Positions 1-9,965 of a DNA stretch of 64,000 bases are shown here, piece by piece. Source of the stretch: a virus; IMG/VR virus record IMGVR_UViG_3300006927_000001, positions 1 to 64,000 of that record; one strand, given 5' to 3'. The notes under the pieces were generated by a model, which was not told the origin of the DNA, searched no databases, and worked only from the letters and a program-made list of their open reading frames with translations. Position 1 is the first letter of the stretch. Each line of letters begins with the position of its first letter. The position numbers and the translations under genes were made by a program.

Positions 1-2620
1 CTGTACGTTTCTTAAGAATTGCTTCCTCTTTAGCAGCTTCAGCTTCCTTGAATTTAGCATGTTCTCTTTCCATACGAATCTTAAATTCAAGAATATCTAC
101 CCGTGCTTGTTCCAATCTCTTAAATAAAGCAAGAAAAGCTGCTTCTTTTTCAGGATTTCCAACAATGACATCTTTAAGTTTGGTGGTTCTTTTACCTGTT
201 AACGGATTAAATTCCGTTACAAGTTGTTTTTCTGTTTCTTTTGCTGCATCTGCACGAGCTTTGAGAACACGAGCTTGAACATCTTTATGAATACGTTCAG
301 CATGATCCATATATCGATCAAAAGCTTCAATATCCTTTGCTGCAATAGCCTTACGAGCTTCAGTTAAAAGCCGATCACGTAAACCAATATAGGCTTTAAT
401 TTTACCTCCTTCAGCTACGTCAACTTCAATACGTGTCGTTTCACTCTCAACTTTGGAATCCAATAAACGGTCTGCTTCTGTGTCCTTACGTGATTTAATA
501 TCAGAACGTATTTTATCAATTTTACGTTTGGTACCTTCTAATTTGGATTCCAACGCATCAAAAGGTTTTTTCAATCCATCAACAAGATCATCAATAGTTT
601 TCCCAAAAGAATCTTTAAAACCTGCGTCCAAACGATTGATACCAACTTCAAGACTAGCTATGAGGGTTAAGAGTCCACGATTCGCTGATAAAATATCATT
701 AGCAAATTTCTGTGAGGATTCTGCTAATTTATCATTAAAAGTATCTGCTTCAAAAGCTGCAACATGAAGTGAATTTCCAAATCTTGCCGTTGCTGCTGCA
801 GCATCTGCCAATTCAAATGCAATACTTACGGCTACAAATGCAACACTTGCAGTAGTTAATGATTTTAATGAAGCTGTCAAAGCACGTATACCTGTAGTAG
901 CTTTTGAACTACTTGCAAAAAGACTCAAAAAAGATTTACCAAAACCTATATTTGCAACAATTGCTGCACGTACAGCAACAGTATAAGAAACAAAAACTTT
1001 AATACTTGTTTTCAATGTTATTTTAATTTTCTCTAAAATTATGTCAGCACCACCTGCTGCTTCAGCAACACGAACAAACGTTTTGAGAATACTATCACCC
1101 ATTTTTGCAAAGAAAACACGAACCTTCTGCGTTTGGATCTTAGATCGTCGTCCAAGACCTTCCATACTTTCTTCATAAGCTAATCCAAAACCTTTAGCAG
1201 TTTCAGTCAATTCTTTCATTTCATCTTTAAGATCACCAGACGTGGCAACAACACCACCCATCAATCCACGAATACGTCTGAAAAATTTAGTTAATTGACC
1301 TAAACGATTTCCACTTTTTTCAGCTTCTTTACCTAGTTTTGCCATAACTTCTGCATAACCAAAAGTAGCAAATGCATTTTCAGCAGAAGTAACACCCCAT
1401 TCTGTAAAAACAGCTTGCAATTCTTCAGAAGGTTTCAACATAGCAAGAAAAACATTCCTCAAGAATGTCATAGCTTCTGCAGCTGAAACACCACGTTTTG
1501 TTGTCAATGAAATAGTTGCAAGAACTTCTTTAAGTGTAACACCTAATTCAGATGAAAGAATGGTAACACGTCCAAGTGTTTCTGCAATATCTTCCAAACG
1601 TAAGCGACCTTCAACAACAGTTGCAAACAATAATGCATTCACATGTGCAGTAGATGCAGCACTTAATTTATAAGAATTTAAAGCAGCAGTTGTTGCACTA
1701 ACTGAAGTATTTAATTCTGTCGCAGCAACAATAGAGAGTTTAATTTCTTGTCGCAAAAAACCAGTTGTATCACCAGCATCAACAATCTGATTAGACAAAG
1801 ATTGATAAGCTGATTCAGCTGCTGTCAATTGCTCAACACCAAAATCTGTGGATAATCCACGAAGTTCTTTTGACCACTCTCCAACAGATAATGCATTACG
1901 ATCTGCGATCGTACGAATTTCATGAATTCGTATACTAAATTCTTCAGCTGCTTTGGTTGCAGATATCAAAGCTTGTGCTGTTCGTAAAATTGCACGATGA
2001 ACAGCAGTTGCCAGAATGACACCTGAAAAAATTCTCCAGACACGTGTCATATTGTCAATATTCTTGGCACTTCTTTTATAACCTGTATTCTGTTTGTTAA
2101 CAACAGTTTGATTGGCCAAGAGTTGTTTGTTCAACTCAATAAGAGCAGTTGTTGCAATATTAACTTGAGTTGTAAATAATCCTAAACTAGTGACAGCCCG
2201 TTCAATAGCCTTTCTACTTAAAACAAGACTCTTCGAAGCAGCTCTAAATCGTTCAGTAAACTTTTCTGCAGCATCTGCAGCAGTACGTAAACCAGAACGT
2301 GCACGTCCCGCATGATCTGCGATCGCAGACATACGATTAGCTGCTGTTTTAGATACTGTACCAAGATTTCTAATATGTTCAGTGGTTTTAGGCAAACGTG
2401 TATTTAAACCACTCAAAGATGTATTAACATCTTTGAGTTTGGTTCGAAAAGTTCCTAACTTTTCAATTGCTTTTCCTGTAGCCTTAGTTTGAGCACGTGT
2501 AGCTACATTAGAAGCAGCTACTTTTTCTCTCTGCTTATCAATAGCTTTAGCAACTTTATTGATTGAATCAATAGCTTGCTTAGCATCAATAACATATTTC
2601 TGTGTTGACTGTTTACCCAT
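1..2620 (-). CDS. Tail tape measure protein (runs off window start)
   Basis: ATG at 2620 overlaps TAA of upstream gene (MGKQSTQKYVIDAKQAIDSINKVAKAID...). Long Ala/Leu/Lys-rich helical frame directly after the tail chaperone; missing from the ORF track, consistent with running off the window edge. Confidence 0.85.
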   Translation of the reverse strand, partial: MGKQSTQKYVIDAKQAIDSINKVAKAIDKQREKVAASNVATRAQTKATGKAIEKLGTFRTKLKDVNTSLSGLNTRLPKTTEHIRNLGTVSKTAANRMSAIADHAGRARSGLRTAADAAEKFTERFRAASKSLVLSRKAIERAVTSLGLFTTQVNIATTALIELNKQLLANQTVVNKQNTGYKRSAKNIDNMTRVWRIFSGVILATAVHRAILRTAQALISATKAAEEFSIRIHEIRTIADRNALSVGEWSKELRGLSTDFGVEQLTAAESAYQSLSNQIVDAGDTTGFLRQEIKLSIVAATELNTSVSATTAALNSYKLSAASTAHVNALLFATVVEGRLRLEDIAETLGRVTILSSELGVTLKEVLATISLTTKRGVSAAEAMTFLRNVFLAMLKPSEELQAVFTEWGVTSAENAFATFGYAEVMAKLGKEAEKSGNRLGQLTKFFRRIRGLMGGVVATSGDLKDEMKELTETAKGFGLAYEESMEGLGRRSKIQTQKVRVFFAKMGDSILKTFVRVAEAAGGADIILEKIKITLKTSIKVFVSYTVAVRAAIVANIGFGKSFLSLFASSSKATTGIRALTASLKSLTTASVAFVAVSIAFELADAAAATARFGNSLHVAAFEADTFNDKLAESSQKFANDILSANRGLLTLIASLEVGINRLDAGFKDSFGKTIDDLVDGLKKPFDALESKLEGTKRKIDKIRSDIKSRKDTEADRLLDSKVESETTRIEVDVAEGGKIKAYIGLRDRLLTEARKAIAAKDIEAFDRYMDHAERIHKDVQARVLKARADAAKETEKQLVTEFNPLTGKRTTKLKDVIVGNPEKEAAFLALFKRLEQARVDILEFKIRMEREHAKFKEAEAAKEEAILKKRT

Positions 2621-3132
2621 TAGACATCCACCACAGTAAGATTAAGAGAAACAGGTAATCTTCTTTCAATAGCTCTATCGACTTGTGCAAAAAACGCGTC
2701 AGTTGCAGGATTATTCAAAGCATCCCGCCCAACCATTGCGGCACCGTTATAAAACTCATGTTCCATATAATGTAATACTGTTGTAGACCATTGAAATTCA
2801 TAAATAAAAGATCCAGGATCAGACTTATCATCCTTGATTTCAAATTCACTTTTTGCTTCACCTGCACCCACGTCTTGTATAGTCTCTTCCAAATGACTGT
2901 AATATGGTTTCCTTATCGGTCGTATATTAACACTGACACGAAGAAAACGTCCTAAAGGTCTAAGTGTCCCTTTTGCCATCCCTGTCTCAACAGGTACACC
3001 TTCAGCAAGCCAAGCTCTTAACCATTTACGTGCAGCCTCACGAATAGTCTGACCTAAAATCCGATCAGTTCTTCGTGAAACATCTACACGATTCATTTGA
3101 ACGGCTTGGAGACCTTTGCCAAATCTAAGCAC
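2620..3132 (-). CDS. HK97 gp10-like tail completion/neck protein
   Basis: PVETG motif resembling gp10-family PVDTG; position in tail operon. Confidence 0.5.
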   Translation of the reverse strand: MLRFGKGLQAVQMNRVDVSRRTDRILGQTIREAARKWLRAWLAEGVPVETGMAKGTLRPLGRFLRVSVNIRPIRKPYYSHLEETIQDVGAGEAKSEFEIKDDKSDPGSFIYEFQWSTTVLHYMEHEFYNGAAMVGRDALNNPATDAFFAQVDRAIERRLPVSLNLTVVDV

Positions 3133-3369
3133 GTTTAACCCCTGCTAAAACAACACTTTCATGTTCTTTGTATTCTTCATACTCACGACCATGTTCATAT
3201 TGTAACATAGCTTCTTGATACCACCAACTATTATCTTCCCATTTAGAAGCTATGTCTGGGGGGAGGATTCCAAATCGCTCACAGGCTCTCCAGATGGTAT
3301 AGAGTTTTGTTCTTCCGTCGGGGATTCGGAAACTTCCTGATCCATTTCCGTCGACGTATCTGTAAAAAG
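3125..3369 (-). CDS. Tail assembly chaperone T segment (expressed as GT via -1 frameshift)
   Basis: Start-less -1 frame open from CTTTTTA (3369-3363) to TAG at 3125: YRYVDGNGSGSFRIPDGRTKLYTIWRACERFGILPPDIASKWEDNSWWYQEAML... Confidence 0.7.
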
Positions 3370-3804
3370 ATCAGAAGCTTCTTCTCCTCTTTTTTCTGTT
3401 GGCACATTGGCGTCAAAAACACAAGAAATTATTATATCCACTTCTTGTGCACTAAAACAACTCTCCATCTCTTCACGAAAATTCTTCCAAGTTTCAGGTT
3501 TCTCCATGTCAACAGTATCCCATACAAGATCGGGACTTGAAGACAAAGATGTCAAAACCATCCAATTAGTTTTTCTATCGGCCCAAATATCCAAACTTTT
3601 CAAAAAAGCAGGATCTTCTTTTAATTGTTCCTTTGTTCCTGTTTTCACGTCATAAGATGCAGGAGGTTCAGGTTTTGGACACATATCCGTAAAAGATTGG
3701 AAAGAAAGTACTGGGCCTGCAAGTAGACCTAGATTCTTACCATCACGAAATACGGGGATGGTAAGAGGTTTGGGCGGTTGAATAGTTTTACCTTGCAATT
3801 TCAT
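3250..3804 (-). CDS. Tail assembly chaperone G
   Basis: Between tail tube and tape measure genes; acidic C-terminus overlaps the T frame. Confidence 0.7.
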   Translation of the reverse strand: MKLQGKTIQPPKPLTIPVFRDGKNLGLLAGPVLSFQSFTDMCPKPEPPASYDVKTGTKEQLKEDPAFLKSLDIWADRKTNWMVLTSLSSSPDLVWDTVDMEKPETWKNFREEMESCFSAQEVDIIISCVFDANVPTEKRGEEASDLFTDTSTEMDQEVSESPTEEQNSIPSGEPVSDLESSPQT

Positions 3805-3815
3805 AATAGACCTTT

Positions 3816-4316
3816 CTATGAGGCCGTTCGGATTGACGTTGGAGAAACAGCCTTACAACGTCCAGAAATATCCAATTGGCCAGCTTGAAAATCACCACCA
3901 ACTTCCTCAACACGAAATTGAGGAAACGTAACGAGTTCATTCAAAACAGTACCACAGTCTGCTGTGATATGTACTTGAATATCAATGCAATACGGTTCAC
4001 ATGCATCACCAGTTGTGACATGTGCAGATGCAGCACCCTCCTTTTTCAAAAATTCACGAATTGATACGAGTTCCCCTGTAGAAGAAATAACTTTGTCAAA
4101 TCTCCCTTGGAACGTAACAGCCATCGGAACATCATCTTCATCTCGAACTGATCCTGTTGCAATATCACCTCGATTTGGAATATACTCACGAGGAGTAGAT
4201 TCTGTCCAAGTGTAATTGCCATCATCCATTTTAAGATCCAAAGTCAACGGTGTTCCAGTACCATCAACAAACGTAACAATTGAGTTCTTAAGTGAGACTT
4301 TTGCCGGTTCGGTCAT
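3816..4316 (-). CDS. Major tail (tube) protein
   Basis: Likely start MTEPAK at 4316 with AGGAG RBS; beta-rich 166 aa; synteny. Confidence 0.6.
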   Translation of the reverse strand: MTEPAKVSLKNSIVTFVDGTGTPLTLDLKMDDGNYTWTESTPREYIPNRGDIATGSVRDEDDVPMAVTFQGRFDKVISSTGELVSIREFLKKEGAASAHVTTGDACEPYCIDIQVHITADCGTVLNELVTFPQFRVEEVGGDFQAGQLDISGRCKAVSPTSIRTAS

Positions 4317-4326
4317 TTGAATTCTC

Positions 4327-4815
4327 CTAGAATGTCCAGAAACCCTGGTAATGACTTTCGACCGATGCCTGTTCGACAGGTGTATCAGGACGAAGTTTAC
4401 CAAAAAATGTAACGTCTATTTCCTCGTCATTTTGCGGGCGTAACTGGAGTTCACCGATTCTAGATCCATCGTTAGCAGCATCATCCGCGACATCTCCATA
4501 ACGAAAAATTTCAACACAAGACACGAATTTCGAGGCAGCTTGACCTGTTAACTCATCCATACCGTAGATAGACGGATTTGAATTATCTTGAAGGTTAACA
4601 ACGAGTATATTAACCTCTGTGTTGATTCTGAATCTACTTTTAGTTACTTCACGTATAAATGGTCCATCAATCCTTAATTCAAACCATTTTTGCTTGTCTT
4701 TCGTTCTTCTTTCTTGTCCTTCAACATGTACATGTTCAATGTCTTTTAAAGCATTGTAAAAATGCTTCACAAGAGATGCACGTACCCAACGATTCAATTG
4801 TGAAGGATAACTCAT
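4327..4815 (-). CDS. Tail terminator-like head-tail protein
   Basis: Size and synteny (immediately upstream of tail tube gene). Confidence 0.45.
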   Translation of the reverse strand: MSYPSQLNRWVRASLVKHFYNALKDIEHVHVEGQERRTKDKQKWFELRIDGPFIREVTKSRFRINTEVNILVVNLQDNSNPSIYGMDELTGQAASKFVSCVEIFRYGDVADDAANDGSRIGELQLRPQNDEEIDVTFFGKLRPDTPVEQASVESHYQGFWTF

Positions 4816-5339
4816 AAAACACCTACAATTGTATCATTGGAAATGACAAGTTGATGTTGAACAGTTCTAGAAATTATTTGATGTGGTAATTGTTCATTTA
4901 TACGACGCAAATACATGATAAAACCAGCTTTATGATCTAGCTGTTCATACTTTTTAATGTTATAGCGAACACCGTCAAGAACGATGTAAAAACTAAGATC
5001 CATTTCAAAGTTATCAGCTAATTTTTCTCCTGGCCAATCAATTATTGCAAAACGATCACCAACTTCAAATAATCCACCATACGTGAAATTTTTGTTTGCA
5101 GCAACATAAGCAAGATCATATTCAAACTTCTCAGAAGTCATCGCAGCCCAAGAAACAAATTTTCTGAGTTTTATCTGCGTACGAGTTGCGACACCAGATT
5201 TTCCTGTTTCTGGATCAAATGTAACACCTTCCTCGTATTTGTATAACTCGGCTTTCACACCATAACGCATACGTAAGCTATACAGAATTTTCCGCATATC
5301 TTGTCGTTTACGTTTTTGCTCTTGAGAAAGTCTGAACAT
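4812..5339 (-). CDS. Head closure/completion protein
   Basis: Follows capsid gene; FDPETG motif typical of head-closure proteins. Confidence 0.45.
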   Translation of the reverse strand: MFRLSQEQKRKRQDMRKILYSLRMRYGVKAELYKYEEGVTFDPETGKSGVATRTQIKLRKFVSWAAMTSEKFEYDLAYVAANKNFTYGGLFEVGDRFAIIDWPGEKLADNFEMDLSFYIVLDGVRYNIKKYEQLDHKAGFIMYLRRINEQLPHQIISRTVQHQLVISNDTIVGVL

Positions 5340-5353
5340 GATTTCTCCACTAA

Positions 5354-5377
5354 CCCTGGGGCCAAATAGCCCCAGGG
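5354..5377 (-). terminator. GC-rich hairpin after capsid gene
   Basis: CCCTGGGGC-6nt-GCCCCAGGG perfect 9-bp stem; weak U-tract. Confidence 0.5.
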
Positions 5378-5389
5378 CGATTCCAGATC

Positions 5390-6910
5390 CTAACCAAGCA
5401 AAACGCCACCACGGGCAACGTCCAATTGCTTGATGCCGAACAGTCCACCAACGTTGACTCGCGTACCTTCCTTCACATCATCGTACGCCATGTTAACACG
5501 CAATGCAATGTTCTCAAACATATCATTGGCAGAACGCACCCCTGTACCTGCCGGTGGCAAAGCCAACGGACGATTCACGAGTGTCAAAGCTTCACGTTGA
5601 TATGCGAAGTTGTAATCACCATCAGGACCAAGGCACACAATGGCATTGTTGTCGATCGCCGCATCAAGAGGACGATCCAAAAGTATCGTTGTTGACGAAG
5701 CTTGAACGATACTGTATTCACCAGGGAGCACAGTACCACCAGAAGTTTTGAAACTGACCAGTTGTCCCTCTTGTGGAACACCTGCATCAATCACAATTTC
5801 CTTCATCCAATTGGCAGGATAACCATCTGATGCCGCCAAGTGAGTCTGACCTACAGCAATGGCAACTGCTTGATTGACAAGACCCGTTGTGTACGCTTGA
5901 AGAACCGCACCACTGGCAACAGCATTCAACAACGGACGATTCAAGGTCAACGTATACGGACCAGTGCCCGCACTAGCAGTCACACGCAAAGGAGTCATAT
6001 CACCAACTATGGTGATATAAGCACCGACTGTAACAGCAGCAGTTGAAGAAACACTTGTTGCTCCTGCCAAAGCAGCTGCAGCAGTCGTGGTAGCAGTTTC
6101 TTTTCCAGCATTTCGAACACTTGGAGTATTCAATTCAAGAAAAGTATTCCATCCTGCCACACGACCCAACATCGCATCACGCAAAGCAGTACCATCATCA
6201 CCAATCTTCTCAGCCGACTTGAACAAATCAGTCTTCTGCATCATTGTTTCTGACCGTGAAGCCAGACCCAACCAACGATTTTGAAGACCAACTTTGTTCG
6301 TGTTGAATACTTCACGCATATCCAACAGATAGTCATGCGAGTTGGTTTTGGAAAGAGTTCCAAGACCACCTGCACGATTGCCAAGAAATTGATAAACTTG
6401 ACCACCCAAGCACTAATCCAAAAGACGGGAGTTTCCTCGCATCGCCGGAACCAAATACTCATCCAGAAGATCAACAAACGACTTGCTTTGCTCACCATCA
6501 CCAATGATAAATGAGCAGTAAACTCGTTGATTGAGCTTTACTTCAATGTCCGTCGCAGCAACGTCTTGATCCTCAACGTCATCAAGATCATTTTGCTTTC
6601 GTTTTCCGGTCAATTCTGCCGGTTTGCGAGTGTGAATCGTTTCACCGAATTGTGCCACCAACGGATCAAAATCTCGATGTACTGTTGCACCATAAATCAT
6701 TTGTTCCGACAGAACACGTACGGATTCACGGGCCCACACTTCCGGGATGAATGCATCCGTATCATTCGCATGAAAGCGACTAATACCGAGAACGCAATTG
6801 CGTCGATTGTAACGTTTGCTACTCCGACTGATTTTCCAACCACGATCTCTTGAACCACGAGATTCACATTGACCACGGCTATGCGGACGAGAAATGCTTT
6901 TCGCTGACAT
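5390..6910 (-). CDS. Major capsid protein (P22-coat-like) interrupted by one in-frame TAG at 6413-6415
   Basis: ORFs 6413..6910 and 5390..6409 share a frame (TTG GAT TAG TGC TTG GGT). Motifs ANDTDAFIPEVWA, FGETIHTRKP, ALTLVNRPL, LFGIKQLD; GAGGTG RBS at 6910. Confidence 0.85.
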
Positions 6911-6913
6911 ATT

Positions 6914-7792
6914 TCACCTCTGTTGAAATTTGGATTTACCTTCTTGACTCTTTTTCCTCCACGCATCATAAGCAGTAGCCCATTCCTCTTGAGTGGAGTA
7001 ATCCTTCCGTTCTGGGGGTTTGTTTGGGTTAAATTGACCTTCTACACCACCAGCTCCACCCTTTGGTGGATCTCCTGTACCTGATTTGGACTTATGCTTG
7101 AACAAATTTGAGTTCAAACCATCTTCCCGGATTTTAGCAAGAGCTTCTTTCACGGGAAGTGAAAAAGATTCTTGTTTCTTTTCCGCATTCAAACCAGTAA
7201 ACGTTAATGTTGGAACAAAATCTTCCGTGGGGTTCCCTTGTTCATCTTTCCCTTGAACATTTTCAGTCGCACCGCTGAACATCATTTGGATCTGTGAAAC
7301 ATTTTCAGCACCATGCTCGACAGCAGCGTCTGCCAAGGCTTGAGTGATACTAGATCCATGAAAACGTTTTTTCCAAAGATCACGATCTTCGGTCAACATT
7401 TTTGTATCCTTGTCATATTTCTGCGTAGCTGCTTTTGTTGCTTTTACTGTTTGCTCTTTTTCTGTCAACATTGACGTTTCAAGAGCTTCGATTTGTTGGG
7501 CAAGGGAATCTTTTGCAGCAATTGTTAGATCAGAATTACTCTTAAGAGTACCAAGTTGATCAATCAACTTCTGTTTCTCAAGTTTCTCTCCCTTAACACG
7601 TTTTTGAACAATATCATTCACTTGGGCTTGAGTAAATGTCTTTTCACTTTCGCCTGCTGGAGAATCGCCTGCTGGAGAATCGCCTGCTGGAGAATCGTCT
7701 GCTGGAGAATCGTCTGCTGGAGAATCGCCTTCCATGTACTGAAGAAGACGCCACCTCGGTAAAAAATACTTTTTTGCGGGCAAACTTTTCAT
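6914..7792 (-). CDS. Capsid scaffolding protein
   Basis: KTFTQAQVNDIVQKR motif, coiled coil, directly upstream of capsid gene. Confidence 0.8.
   Translation of the reverse strand: MKSLPAKKYFLPRWRLLQYMEGDSPADDSPADDSPAGDSPAGDSPAGESEKTFTQAQVNDIVQKRVKGEKLEKQKLIDQLGTLKSNSDLTIAAKDSLAQQIEALETSMLTEKEQTVKATKAATQKYDKDTKMLTEDRDLWKKRFHGSSITQALADAAVEHGAENVSQIQMMFSGATENVQGKDEQGNPTEDFVPTLTFTGLNAEKKQESFSLPVKEALAKIREDGLNSNLFKHKSKSGTGDPPKGGAGGVEGQFNPNKPPERKDYSTQEEWATAYDAWRKKSQEGKSKFQQR
7650..7730. repeat. 15-bp coding tandem repeat x5 (DSPAD/DSPAG)
   Basis: TCG(C/T)CTGCTGGAGAA repeated inside scaffold gene. Confidence 0.95.
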
Positions 7793-7800
7793 AATTCTTC

Positions 7801-8256
7801 CTAACTAACGCGACTCAATTTTACTTCATCGCCTGGCAAAAGATAAGGGACAAGATGCCGCCAAGCTACGGCACTAGGAATTAAATGAGCCTTGGCAATC
7901 TGTGCCATATCAGGATCTTTTCGCAAACGGCCAGCACCGAAGGAGGTCGCTACTTCTCCGATTTGTTCCGCCTCTAATTCCACATCCCTACCATGTACTA
8001 CTAATTGGTATGCAATTTCATATGTTGCCAGTTCGATTGCCTCAGGAACAGTTGTATCTGTCCCACGAGGAAATTCAAGAACTTGAGCAGCATCATTCTT
8101 TGCACCAACAAAATTAAGATTTTCGATCAAAGCTGTTGCTTTTTTCAAGCCTTTTGTTTTTGTATCTGAATCATATTCATTCCAACCTTCATCCTCAATA
8201 CGATCATTGAGGACGTAAGTATCAGCGGCGGCAACTGTTCCATAAAATGTACTCAT
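7801..8256 (-). CDS. Head-tail adaptor (DnaT-like phage family)
   Basis: YGTVAAADTY...AT.LIE.L.F.G.K...Q.LEFPR signature. Confidence 0.7.
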   Translation of the reverse strand: MSTFYGTVAAADTYVLNDRIEDEGWNEYDSDTKTKGLKKATALIENLNFVGAKNDAAQVLEFPRGTDTTVPEAIELATYEIAYQLVVHGRDVELEAEQIGEVATSFGAGRLRKDPDMAQIAKAHLIPSAVAWRHLVPYLLPGDEVKLSRVS

Positions 8257-9965
8257 TCTTGATTCTCCGCACCTTCACCACGTGTCTTTTTACCATCTTT
8301 TTCATCTGGTTTCTCTTTATCAAACTCAGGTGCACCACGGTCCCCATCAGCATTTTCTGGACCACCTTGTGCTTCTAAAGTAAGTTTGATACGTTCAGCA
8401 CGATCTTTCTTAGCTTGATTTACAACATCTTTCTTGAAACCAATGGCAACTGCCGCCGTTTTATCGTCGACAAGCCCAGCTTCATGAGACGAAAGAATGA
8501 TTTGTGGATCGGATGTAAGTGTGTCCGCAGTATCAATTTCTTTATGAATTGTTTTCAAGGTATCTTCTGGAATATCTCCACCCACAAGAATTGTGGCAAT
8601 TTTCTTGGAAATTGTTTTGCGAAATTCAGCAGAAGGAACTTTATTTTGTAATTCCTCCAACTCTCCAGCTTCATCCCTTCGATCTTTATCATTTTTAAGA
8701 TTATACGTTTTTGGATAGGTTACTTGGATCTCAGATCCTTCACCCTCAAAAGCACGCCAATGTACGCCTATCTCTCGTTCTAGACGCTGTAGCAAGAGTC
8801 CAATGAAAGATAATGATGATTCCAAACTACGACTATCAAATTCTTGTGAAGAAGCTGATTGTCGTCTGGGACTCATACTTTGAAGATTGAGGTTGAGAAG
8901 ATTGCGTATGTCTTTTTTAAGTTGCTCACCCTTTTCCATACTTACACGAAGTGTATCAGGATCAGGAGAGATGAATCCTGGTTTTTCTAGACCTTTACCA
9001 ATTCTTCGACCTTGACCTTGACCCAATTTAATTTCTTTTGGTGCAGATGTCTTTGCCTCTGCTTCTGTTCCTGTGTCATTAGGTAAAGCTGTTTTTGCAA
9101 ATGTTTGTTCTGTTCGTGGATCAAAAAACTCGTAATAAAATGTAAAATTAGCTTTCGTTGCAAAAGATACGTCAGATGATTCAAGATTCAAAAGTGAAAT
9201 TTGATAATCTGCAACATCGATAAGTAGACTATTATCCACTTCTGCCATTGCAAACGGAATTTTTTCAATATCCAACATTACATCATTTAAGATATGACCA
9301 TCAGGATCAAAACGACGAAAACGTACACCGTCTGCTACTTTGTTATAAAGACGGTAATTGGTTATCGGTGTACTAGGAAGTCCCCATTCATCATCAACAG
9401 TTACAGTTTCTTTTAACAATAAAGCTGTGAATCCATTTATTGGACGAACAGGAGCCCAATTCAAAATATCTTCTGCAACAAAACGTACAAGATAAGGTCG
9501 TTTTGTACTTTTATCTCGTAAAGTTGATCCAAGATCAGTAAAATTGTCTACAAGCACACCAACACGTTGCATTATTAACATTTCTGCAAGTAATTGTGTA
9601 CCTACAAACTCACCCATAGATGAAGTTTCAAAATCAACTCCACCTTCAAGTCCCAAAATTGCATTTTGATAACTTTTTGGTCCACCAACTCTATGAACAT
9701 CGCCCACACGTTGAAAAACTGAATTTTTAATATCATTGATTGCTGCCTTCCCAAAAGAAGGTGCAAATGCAATTGTTTTTCTAGCTAGTAATTCAGGATC
9801 GGATTCACGATCACTAAGTTTTACAAGATATTTATTGACAAAATCTTTTCCACCTTTGAATGCTAATCGCCATTTTACCCAATCTGTCGACATCCTAATA
9901 TAAGACGCATGACGTTTAGCAATTATAGTGGCTGTTTCTAAAGGATTTACTGCTCTTTGTACCAT
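8253..9965 (-). CDS. Portal protein
   Basis: 570 aa right after terminase; GG..F..KYL, ILNW and IPF motifs of DUF4055/SPP1-like portals. Confidence 0.8.
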   Translation of the reverse strand: MVQRAVNPLETATIIAKRHASYIRMSTDWVKWRLAFKGGKDFVNKYLVKLSDRESDPELLARKTIAFAPSFGKAAINDIKNSVFQRVGDVHRVGGPKSYQNAILGLEGGVDFETSSMGEFVGTQLLAEMLIMQRVGVLVDNFTDLGSTLRDKSTKRPYLVRFVAEDILNWAPVRPINGFTALLLKETVTVDDEWGLPSTPITNYRLYNKVADGVRFRRFDPDGHILNDVMLDIEKIPFAMAEVDNSLLIDVADYQISLLNLESSDVSFATKANFTFYYEFFDPRTEQTFAKTALPNDTGTEAEAKTSAPKEIKLGQGQGRRIGKGLEKPGFISPDPDTLRVSMEKGEQLKKDIRNLLNLNLQSMSPRRQSASSQEFDSRSLESSLSFIGLLLQRLEREIGVHWRAFEGEGSEIQVTYPKTYNLKNDKDRRDEAGELEELQNKVPSAEFRKTISKKIATILVGGDIPEDTLKTIHKEIDTADTLTSDPQIILSSHEAGLVDDKTAAVAIGFKKDVVNQAKKDRAERIKLTLEAQGGPENADGDRGAPEFDKEKPDEKDGKKTRGEGAENQE

